Source: Bugula neritina (lineage: Eukaryota > Animalia > Bryozoa). Taken from it: a DNA stretch of 64,000 nucleotides. The DNA lies in assembly GCA_964035545.1 (NCBI GenBank), contig CAXIUT010000073.1, positions 248,001-312,000 of the forward strand, written 5' to 3'. The notes beneath the pieces were generated by a model. The model was not told the DNA's origin. It did not search any database and saw nothing but the letters and a program-made list of their open reading frames with translations. Of the stretch, positions 1 to 10,450 are shown one piece after another (position 1 is the stretch's first letter; every line of letters starts with the position of its first letter). The position numbers and the translations under genes are program-made.

Positions 1-502
1 CGTCATGGAAACTTTTGTAGTTTTAAATAATATCTCCAAACTCATCACTTGCATGTGTTTATATACTTGATAAAGTTTTTCATGCAAAACTTGATGCCTG
101 CTTCAAAGACACCAGTGCTTAAAACTGTGTTAACTGTATTGGCACGTTGCCATGAGATATTTGGTTATATTTAGCATCACAACATACTCTTCAGAAAGTT
201 AAGAAAATCAGTCTATAGAAAGTTAATGAAATAAACCTACCAGAGAGAGTAAGCCAGATGTAACAAGTAGATCCAAAACAAGTTGATTAACAATTGAAGT
301 TGAATTCTCCATGTAGTGAATACTTTAGTCCTAATGTCAAATGCAAACGTCTGCAACCAAATTGTGTAGACTTCATGAGCTGGTTAGCTGACAGGACTCA
401 TTAAAGTTCTTAACTGTTGTGTGTATAGTGATGCCCATCTTGAACTAGAGAGGGCTGACGGAAGACTGCTACTTTGTGAAAATTGACAATGCATATTATT
501 AT

Positions 503-557
503 TATTCATTGTTGAGATTCACGACTGCCATAAACAATGATAAAATATTCATTGTTG
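503..557. promoter_or_regulatory. Cluster of three SOX/HMG-box-type motifs (CATTGTT / AACAATG / CATTGTT) per monomer
   Basis: CATTGTT 507-513, AACAATG 533-539, CATTGTT 550-556. The outer two lie in a 12-bp direct repeat TATTCATTGTTG (503-514, 546-557). Function is unproven. Confidence 0.3.
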
Positions 558-987
558 GTACTACTGAGTAGAATAAAATATAATATAATATTATTCTCTG
601 GACAGATAAACAATATCAAATGCATATTATAACATTACCATAAATCTACGGCGCTTCACATCTTCACTTTTTTCTGCAATGTTATTTCTTTGCAGTTAGA
701 AGTACTAGCTGAATATATGACTATGAAACATAACCCTTCAATTTCATTGCACCAGCACCGATTTCAATATAGGTGTGTTGGGAGTTATCTTTCCTAAAGT
801 TTTGTTCTTGGTGTTTATTCAAAGCAGACACAGGCTAATATTAGTTTTGTTATTTGCAAGAGTTTTTCTGTCTGATTGTCCATCAGCAAAAGTTTGCGCC
901 TTGCAGTTATTATGGAAATACCAGTGATGCTGGAAGACCTTTGCATTGTACACCCGCCTTTACTATTGAATTTAGATGTTTTATTTT

Positions 988-1016
988 CCCATCCCCTCTC
1001 CTGCCCCCCTGTCCCC
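988..1016 (-). other. Canonical G-quadruplex-forming motif (i-motif potential on + strand), one per monomer
   Basis: The + strand reads CCCATCCCCTCTCCTGCCCCCCTGTCCCC, so the minus strand is GGGG-ACA-GGGGGG-CAGGAGA-GGGG-AT-GGG. This fits G3+N1-7 x4 with loops of 3, 7 and 2. Motif match only; folding is not shown. Confidence 0.75.
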
Positions 1017-2378
1017 TCTAACAACCAGCAATCCTGACTCATGTGAAATGTGTTATTAAGTTTTAGAGTTGGACCATGGGCCTACAGTATACGATTTGAA
1101 GCTTTATAGTTTACAGGCAGTGGAGATGAGTCACTGCTGAAACCCATTTTATTAGTAGACTATATTGCTCTTCAATCATCAGTTTTCATATTCAAAGAGA
1201 AAGCTCATCTGCAGCGCCATTTCACAGTGTTATCTTTTGCTAGAGTAATAACTAATTTTAGATGCCTTTGCAAACATATGAGAAATAAATGAGTCGTTTT
1301 ATGAAAAGAGGTGTTTGCAGCAGTTGTCCACTTTTGATTTAGACGCGTCATGGAAACTTTTGTAGTTTTAAATAATATCTCCAAACTCATCACTTGCATG
1401 TGTTTATATACTTGATAAATTTTTTCATGCAAAACTTGATGCCTGCTTCAAAGACACCAGTGCTTAATTACTGTGTTAACTGTATTGGCACGTTGCCATG
1501 AGATATTTGGTAATATTTCGCATCACAACAAACTCTTCAGAAAGTTAAGAAAATCAGTCTAGAAAGTTACTGAAATAAACCTACCAGAGAGAGTAAGCCA
1601 GATGTAACAAGTAGATCCAAAACAAGTTGATTAACAATTGAAGTTGAAATATCCATGTAGTCAACACTTTAGTCCTAATGTCAAATGCAAACGTCTGCAA
1701 CCAAACTATGTAGACTTCATGGGCTGGTTAGCTGACAGGACTCATTAAAGTTCTTAACTGTTGTGTGTATAGTGATGCCCTTCTTGAAATAGAGAGGGCT
1801 GACTGAAGACTGCTACTTTGTGAAAATTGACAATGCATATTATTATTATTCATTGTTGAGATTCACGACTGCCATAAACAATGATAAAATATTCATTGTT
1901 GGTACTACTGAGTAGAATAAAATATAATATAATATTATTCTCTGGACAGATAAACAATATCAAATGCATAATATAACATTACCATAAATCTACGGCGCTT
2001 CACATCTTCACCTTTTTCTGCAATGTTATTTCTTTGCAGTTAGAAGTACTAGCTGAATATATGACTATGAAACATAACCCTTCAATTTCATTGCACCAGC
2101 ACCGATTTCAATATAGGTGTGTTGGGAGTTATCTTTCCTAAAGTTTTGTTCTTGGTGTTTATACGAAGCAGACACAGGCTAATATTAGTTTTGTTATTTG
2201 CAAGAGTTTTTCTGTCTGATTGTCCATCAGCAAAAGTTTGCGCCTTGCAGTTATTATGGAAATACCAGTGATGCTGGAAGACCTTTGCATTGTACACCCG
2301 CCTTTACTATTGAATTTAGATGTTTTATTTTCCCATCCCCTCTCCTGCCCCCCTGTCCCCTCTAACAACCAGCAATCC

Positions 2379-2640
2379 TGACTCATGTGAAATGTGTTAT
2401 TAAGTTTTAGAGTTGGACCATGGGCCTACAGTATACGATTTGAAGCTTTATAGTTTACAGGCAGTGGAGATGAGTCACTGCTGAAACCCATTTTATTAGT
2501 AGACTATATTGCTCTTCAATCATCAGTTTGCATATTAAAACAGAAAGCTCATCTGCAGCGCCATTTCACAGTGTTAAATTTTGCTAGAGTAAAAATTAAT
2601 TTTAGATGCCTTTGCAAACATATGAGAAATAAATGAGTCA
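2379..2640. promoter_or_regulatory. Three AP-1/TRE consensus sites (TGASTCA) per monomer, shown for unit 2
   Basis: TGACTCA 2379-2385, TGAGTCA 2471-2477, TGAGTCA 2634-2640. The third site is TGAGTCG in four left-end units (~1290, ~5324, ~6668, ~9357). Motif presence is certain; function is unproven. Confidence 0.35.
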
Positions 2641-3899
2641 TTTTATGAAAAGAGGTGTTTGCAGCAGTTGTCCACTTTTGATTTAGACGCGTCATGGAAA
2701 CTTTTGTAGTTTTAAATAATATCTCCAAACTCATCACTTGCATGTGTTTATATACTTGATAAAGTTTTTCATGCAAAACTTGATGCCTGCTTCAAAGACA
2801 CCAGTGCTTAAAACTGTGTTAACTGTATTGGCACGTTGCCATGAGATATTTGGTTATATTTAGCATCACAACATACTCTTCAGAAAGTTAAGAAAATCAG
2901 TCTATAGAAAGTTAATGAAATAAACCTACCAGAGAGAGTAAGCCAGATGTAACAAGTAGATCCAAAACAAGTTGATTAACAATTGAAGTTGAATTCTCCA
3001 TGTAGTGAATACTTTAGTCCTAATGTCAAATGCAAACGTCTGCAACCAAATTGTGTAGACTTCATGAGCTGGTTAGCTGACAGGACTCATTAAAGTTCTT
3101 AACTGTTGTGTGTATAGTGATGCCCATCTTGAACTAGAGAGGGCTGACGGAAGACTGCTACTTTGTGAAAATTGACAATGCATATTATTATTATTCATTG
3201 TTGAGATTCACGACTGCCATAAACAATGATAAAATATTCATTGTTGGTACTACTGAGTAGAATAAAATATAATATAATATTATTCTCTGGACAGATAAAC
3301 AATATCAAATGCATATTATAACATTACCATAAATCTACGGCGCTTCACATCTTCACTTTTTTCTGCAATGTTATTTCTTTGCAGTTAGAAGTACTAGCTG
3401 AATATATGACTATGAAACATAACCCTTCAATTTCATTGCACCAGCACCGATTTCAATATAGGTGTGTTGGGAGTTATCTTTCCTAAAGTTTTGTTCTTGG
3501 TGTTTATTCGAAGCAGACACAGGCTAATATTAGTTTTGTTATTTGCAAGAGTTTTTCTGTCTGATTGTCCATCAGCAAAAGTTTGCGCCTTGCAGTTATT
3601 ATGGAAATACCAGTGATGCTGGAAGACCTTTGCATTGTACACCCGCCTTTACTATTGAATTTAGATGTTTTATTTTCCCATCCCCTCTCCTGCCCCCCTG
3701 TCCCCTCTAACAACCAGCAATCCTGACTCATGTGAAATGTGTTATTAAGTTTTAGAGTTGGACCATGGGCCTACAGTATACGATTTGAAGCTTTATAGTT
3801 TACAGGCAGTGGAGATGAGTCACTGCTGAAACCCATTTTATTAGTAGACTATATTGCTCTTCAATCATCAGTTTGCATATTAAAACAGAAAGCTCATCT

Positions 3900-6800
3900 G
3901 CAGTGCCATTTCACAGTGTTAAATTTTGCTAGAGTAAAAATTAATTTTAGATGCCTTTGCAAACATATGAGAAATAAATGAGTCATTTTATGAAAAGAGG
4001 TGTTTGCAGCAGTTGTCCACTTTTGATTTAGACGCGTCATGGAAACTTTTGTAGTTTTAAATAATATCTCCAAACTCATCACTTGCATGTGTTTATATAC
4101 TTGATAAAGTTTTTCATGCAAAACTTGATGCCTGCTTCAAAGACACCAGTGCTTAAAACTGTGTTAACTGTATTGGCACGTTGCCATGAGATATTTGGTT
4201 ATATTTAGCATCACAACATACTCTTCAGAAAGTTAAGAAAATCAGTCTATAGAAAGTTAATGAAATAAACCTACCAGAGAGAGTAAGCCAGATGTAACAA
4301 GTAGATCCAAAACAAGTTGATTAACAATTGAAGTTGAATTCTCCATGTAGTGAATACTTTAGTCCTAATGTCAAATGCAAACGTCTGCAACCAAATTGTG
4401 TAGACTTCATGAGCTGGTTAGCTGACAGGACTCATTAAAGTTCTTAACTGTTGTGTGTATAGTGATGCCCATCTTGAACTAGAGAGGGCTGACGGAAGAC
4501 TGCTACTTTGTGAAAATTGACAATGCATATTATTATTATTCATTGTTGAGATTCACGACTGCCATAAACAATGATAAAATATTCATTGTTGGTACTACTG
4601 AGTAGAATAAAATATAATATAATATTATTCTCTGGACAGATAAACAATATCAAATGCATATTATAACATTACCATAAATCTACGGCGCTTCACATCTTCA
4701 CTTTTTTCTGCAATGTTATTTCTTTGCAGTTAGAAGTACTAGCTGAATATATGACTATGAAACATAACCCTTCAATTTCATTGCACCAGCACCGATTTCA
4801 ATATAGGTGTGTTGGGAGTTATCTTTCCTAAAGTTTTGTTCTTGGTGTTTATTCGAAGCAGACACAGGCTAATATTAGTTTTGTTATTTGCAAGAGTTTT
4901 TCTGTCTGATTGTCCATCAGCAAAAGTTTGCGCCTTGCAGTTATTATGGAAATACCAGTGCTGCTGGAAGACCTTTGCATTGTACACCCGCCTTTACTAT
5001 TGAATTTAGATGTTTTATTTTCCCATCCCCTCTCCTGCCCCCCTGTCCCCTCTAACAACCAGCAATCCTGACTCATGCGAAATGTGTTATTAAGTTTTAG
5101 AGTTGGACCATGGGCCTACAGTATACGATTTGAAGCTTTATAGTTTACAGGCAGTGGAGATGAGTCACTGCTGAAACCCATTTTATTAGTAGACTATATT
5201 GCTCTTCAATCATCAGTTTTCATATTCAAAGAGAAAGCTCATCTGCAGCGCCATTTCACAGTGTTATATTTTGCTAGAGTAATAACTAATTTTAGATGCC
5301 TTTGCAAACATATGAGATATAAATGAGTCGTTTTATGAAAAGAGGTGTTTGCAGCAGTTGTCCACTTTTGATTTAGACGCGTCATGGAAACTTTTGTAGT
5401 TTTAAATAATATCTCCAAACTCATCACTTGCATGTGTTTATATACTTGATAAATTTTTTCATGCAAAACTTGATGCCTGCTTCAAAGACACCAGTGCTTA
5501 ATTACTGTGTTAACTGTATTGGCACGTTGCCATAAGACATTTGGTAATATTTCGCATCACAACAAACTCTTCAGAAAGTTAAGAAAATCAGTCTAGAAAG
5601 TTACTGAAATAAACCTACCAGAGAGAGTAAGCCAGATGTAACAAGTAGATCCAAAACAAGTTGATTAACAATTGAAGTTGAAATCTCCATGTAGTCAACA
5701 CTTTAGTCCTAATGTCAAATGCAAACGTCTGCAACCAAACTATGTAGACTTCATGGGCTGGTTAGCTGACAGGACTCATTAAAGTTCTTAACTGTTGTGT
5801 GTATAGTGATGCCCTTCTTGAACTAGAGAGGGCTGACTGAAGACTGCTACTTTGTGAAAATTGACAATGCATATTATTATTATTCATTGTTGAGATTCAC
5901 GACTGCCATAAACAATGATAAAATATTCATTGTTGGTACTACTGAGTAGAATAAAATATAATATAATATTATTATCTGGACAGATAAACAATATCAAATG
6001 CATAATATAACATTACCATAAATCTACGGCGCTTCACATCTTCACCTTTTTCTGCAATGTTATTTCTTTGCAGTTAGAAGTACTAGCTGAATATATGACT
6101 ATGAAACATAACCCTTCAATTTCATTGCACCAGCACCGATTTCAATATAGGTGTGTTGGGAGTTATCTTTCCTAAAGTTTTGTTCTTGGTGTTTATACGA
6201 AGCAGACACAGGCTAATATTAGTTTTGTTATTTGCAAGAGTTTTTCTGTCTGATTGTCCATCAGCAAAAGTTTGCGCCTTGCTGTTATTATGGAAATACC
6301 AGTGATGCTGGAAGACCTTTGCATTGTACACCCGCCTTTACTATTGAATTTAGATGTTTTATTTTCCCATCCCCTCTCCTGCCCCCCTGTCCCCTCTAAC
6401 AACCAGCAATCCTGACTCATGCGAAATGTGTTATTAAGTTTTAGAGTTGGACCATGGGCCTACAGTATACGATTTGAAGCTTTATAGTTTACAGGCAGTG
6501 GAGATGAGTCACTGCTGAAACCCATTTTATTAGTAGACTATATTGCTCTTCAATCATCAGTTTTCATATTCAAAGAGAAAGCTCATCTGCAGCGCCATTT
6601 CACAGTGTTATATTTTGCTAGAGTAATAACTAATTTTAGATGCCTTTGCAAACATATGAGAAATAAATGAGTCGTTTTATGAAAAGAGGTGTTTGCAGCA
6701 GTTGTCCACTTTTGATTTAGACGCGTCATGGAAACTTTTGTAGTTTTAAATAATATCTCCAAACTCATCACTTGCATGTGTTTATATACTTGATAAATTT

Positions 6801-9800
6801 TTTCATGCAAAACTTGATGCCTGCTTCAAAGACACCAGTGCTTAATTACTGTGTTAACTGTATTGGCACGTTGCCATGAGATATTTGGTAATATTTCGCA
6901 TCACAACAAACTCTTCAGAAAGTTAAGAAAATCAGTCTAGAAAGTTACTGAAATAAACCTACCAGAGAGAGTAAGCCAGATGTAACAAGTAGATCCAAAA
7001 CAAGTTGATTAACAATTGAAGTTGAAATATCCATGTAGTCAACACTTTAGTCCTAATGTCAAATGCAAACGTCTGCAACCAAACTATGTAGACTTCACTG
7101 GCTGGTTAGCTGACAGGACTCATTAAAGTTCTTAACTCTTGTGTGTATAGTGATGCCCATCTTGAACTAGAGAGGGCTGACGGAAGACTGCTACTTTGTG
7201 AAAATTGACAATGCATATTATTATTATTCATTGTTGAGATTCACGACTGCCATAAACAATGATAAAATATTCATTGTTGGTACTACTGAGTAGAATAAAA
7301 TATAATATAATATTATTCTCTGGACAGATAAACAATATCAAATGCATATTATAACATTACCATAAATCTACGGCGCTTCACATCTTCACTTTTTTCTGCA
7401 ATGTTATTTCTTTGCAGTTAGAAGTACTAGCTGAATATATGACTATGAAACATAACCCTTCAATTTCATTGCACCAGCACCGATTTCAATATAGGTGTGT
7501 TGGGAGTTATCTTTCCTAAAGTTTTGTTCTTGGTGTTTATTCGAAGCAGACACAGGCTAATATTAGTTTTGTTATTTGCAAGAGTTTTTCTGTCTGATTG
7601 TCCATCAGCAAAAGTTTGCGCCTTGCAGTTATTATGGAAATACCAGTGATGCTGGAAGACCTTTGCATTGTACACCCGCCTTTACTATTGAATTTAGATG
7701 TTTTATTTTCCCATCCCCTCTCCTGCCCCCCTGTCCCCTCTAACAACCAGCAATCCTGACTCATGTGAAATGTGTTATTAAGTTTTAGAGTTGGACCATG
7801 GGCCTACAGTATACGATTTGAAGCTTTATAGTTTACAGGCAGTGGAGATGAGTCACTGCTGAAACCCATTTTATTAGTAGACTATATTGCTCTTCAATCA
7901 TCAGTTTGCATATTAAAACAGAAAGCTCATCTGCAGTGCCATTTCACAGTGTTAAATTTTGCTAGAGTAAAAATTAATTTTAGATGCCTTTGCAAACATA
8001 TGAGAAATAAATGAGTCATTTTATGAAAAGAGGTGTTTGCAGCAGTTGTCCACTTTTGATTTAGACGCGTCATGGAAACTTTTGTAGTTTTAAATAATAT
8101 CTCCAAACTCATCACTTGCATGTGTTTATATACTTGATAAAGTTTTTCATGCAAAACTTGATGCCTGCTTCAAAGACACCAGTGCTTAAAACTGTGTTAA
8201 CTGTATTGGCACGTTGCCATGAGATATTTGGTTATATTTAGCATCACAACATACTCTTCAGAAAGTTAAGAAAATCAGTCTATAGAAAGTTAATGAAATA
8301 AACCTACCAGAGAGAGTAAGCCAGATGTAACAAGTAGATCCAAAACAAGTTGATTAACAATTGAAGTTGAATTCTCCATGTAGTGAATACTTTAGTCCTA
8401 ATGTCAAATGCAAACGTCTGCAACCAAATTGTGTAGACTTCATGAGCTGGTTAGCTGACAGGACTCATTAAAGTTCTTAACTGTTGTGTGTATAGTGATG
8501 CCCATCTTGAACTAGAGAGGGCTGACGGAAGACTGCTACTTTGTGAAAATTGACAATGCATATTATTATTATTCATTGTTGAGATTCACGACTGCCATAA
8601 ACAATGATAAAATATTCATTGTTGGTACTACTGAGTAGAATAAAATATAATATAATATTATTCTCTGGACAGATAAACAATATCAAATGCATATTATAAC
8701 ATTACCATAAATCTACGGCGCTTCACATCTTCACTTTTTTCTGCAATGTTATTTCTTTGCAGTTAGAAGTACTAGCTGAATATATGACTATGAAACATAA
8801 CCCTTCAATTTCATTGCACCAGCACCGATTTCAATATAGGTGTGTTGGGAGTTATCTTTCCTAAAGTTTTGTTCTTGGTGTTTATTCGAAGCAGACACAG
8901 GCTAATATTAGTTTTGTTATTTGCAAGAGTTTTTCTGTCTGATTGTCCATCAGCAAAAGTTTGCGCCTTGCAGTTATTATGGAAATACCAGTGCTGCTGG
9001 AAGACCTTTGCATTGTACACCCGCCTTTACTATTGAATTTAGATGTTTTATTTTCCCATCCCCTCTCCTGCCCCCCTGTCCCCTCTAACAACCAGCAATC
9101 CTGACTCATGCGAAATGTGTTATTAAGTTTTAGAGTTGGACCATGGGCCTACAGTATACGATTTGAAGCTTTATAGTTTACAGGCAGTGGAGATGAGTCA
9201 CTGCTGAAACCCATTTTATTAGTAGACTATATTGCTCTTCAATCATCAGTTTTCATATTCAAAGAGAAAGCTCATCTGCAGCGCCATTTCACAGTGTTAT
9301 ATTTTGCTAGAGTAATAACTAATTTTAGATGCCTTTGCAAACATATGAGATATAAATGAGTCGTTTTATGAAAAGAGGTGTTTGCAGCAGTTGTCCACTT
9401 TTGATTTAGACGCGTCATGGAAACTTTTGTAGTTTTAAATAATATCTCCAAACTCATCACTTGCATGTGTTTATATACTTGATAAATTTTTTCATGCAAA
9501 ACTTGATGCCTGCTTCAAAGACACCAGTGCTTAATTACTGTGTTAACTGTATTGGCACGTTGCCATAAGACATTTGGTAATATTTCGCATCACAACAAAC
9601 TCTTCAGAAAGTTAAGAAAATCAGTCTAGAAAGTTACTGAAATAAACCTACCAGAGAGAGTAAGCCAGATGTAACAAGTAGATCCAAAACAAGTTGATTA
9701 ACAATTGAAGTTGAAATCTCCATGTAGTCAACACTTTAGTCCTAATGTCAAATGCAAACGTCTGCAACCAAACTATGTAGACTTCATGGGCTGGTTAGCT

Positions 9801-10450
9801 GACAGGACTCATTAAAGTTCTTAACTGTTGTGTGTATAGTGATGCCCTTCTTGAACTAGAGAGGGCTGACTGAAGACTGCTACTTTGTGAAAATTGACAA
9901 TGCATATTATTATTATTCATTGTTGAGATTCACGACTGCCATAAACAATGATAAAATATTCATTGTTGGTACTACTGAGTAGAATAAAATATAATATAAT
10001 ATTATTATCTGGACAGATAAACAATATCAAATGCATAATATAACATTACCATAAATCTACGGCGCTTCACATCTTCACCTTTTTCTGCAATGTTATTTCT
10101 TTGCAGTTAGAAGTACTAGCTGAATATATGACTATGAAACATAACCCTTCAATTTCATTGCACCAGCACCGATTTCAATATAGGTGTGTTGGGAGTTATC
10201 TTTCCTAAAGTTTTGTTCTTGGTGTTTATACGAAGCAGACACAGGCTAATATTAGTTTTGTTATTTGCAAGAGTTTTTCTGTCTGATTGTCCATCAGCAA
10301 AAGTTTGCGCCTTGCTGTTATTATGGAAATACCAGTGATGCTGGAAGACCTTTGCATTGTACACCCGCCTTTACTATTGAATTTAGATGTTTTATTTTCC
10401 CATCCCCTCTCCTGCCCCCCTGTCCCCTCTAACAACCAGCAATCCTGACT
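3900..10450. repeat. Local higher-order duplication with 4,033-bp (3-monomer) offset
   Basis: Rare variants repeat in order at +4033: CAGTGCC 3901/7934, GAGATATAAAT ~5315/~9348, CATAAGACAT 5531/9564, ATTATCTGG 5971/10004, CCTTGCTG ~6277/~10310. Confidence 0.9.

Larger units (their letters stand above)
1..1345. repeat. Representative monomer (phase arbitrary, set by the window start)
   Basis: Sequence 1-1345 is followed directly by a near-identical copy from 1346. Sites seen once per unit: HindIII AAGCTT (~1099), NcoI CCATGG (~1074), PstI CTGCAG (~1209), MluI ACGCGT (unit junction). EcoRI GAATTC (~302) and XbaI TCTAGA (~1558) are polymorphic between unit types. Confidence 0.98.

Noticed and set aside
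187-240. Minus-strand micro-exon (TTTCTATAG| 25 nt |GTATGT) and the 10-bp direct repeat AGAAAGTTAA
   Set aside because: The length is not frame-preserving and the donor is weakened in the 1344-type units; such motifs are common in AT-rich DNA.
289-320. CAATTGAAGTTG similar to the start of Tc1-like terminal inverted repeats
   Set aside because: Short, mismatched, no partner inverted repeat and no transposase remnant.
644-670. TCTACGGC resembling the 5' end of vertebrate 5S rRNA
   Set aside because: The match ends after 8 nt; there is no box A/C internal control region or 120-nt 5S body.
946-958. TTGTACACCCGCC resembling the universal SSU rRNA TTGTACACACCGCCC motif
   Set aside because: Gapped short match with no flanking rRNA similarity; consistent with chance.
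1115-1138. AGGCAGTG miR-34/449-like seed in a small hairpin
   Set aside because: The rest of the sequence does not match miR-34/449, and the stem is only ~6-7 bp.
1-1345. miR-427/miR-430/miR-302-type tandem miRNA cluster
   Set aside because: No AAGTGC seed (or GCACTT) seen on either strand, and no long well-paired pre-miRNA hairpin identified.
1205-1432. Recurrent 75-aa minus-strand ORF MHEKLYQVYKHMQ...
   Set aside because: No recognisable domain. Variants are largely non-synonymous (L/I, M/T, IF/VI, F/Y, T/P), and a stop removes it in three units (~38.9, 60.4, 61.8 kb). Its recurrence is simply due to the repeat.
2088-2386. Overlapping ORFs MSQDCWLLEG (75/110 aa), MYNAKVFQ (69 aa) and plus-strand MLGVIFPK (64 aa)
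   Set aside because: Three short overlapping frames whose presence and length toggle with single SNPs. No homology recognised and no bias towards synonymous change.
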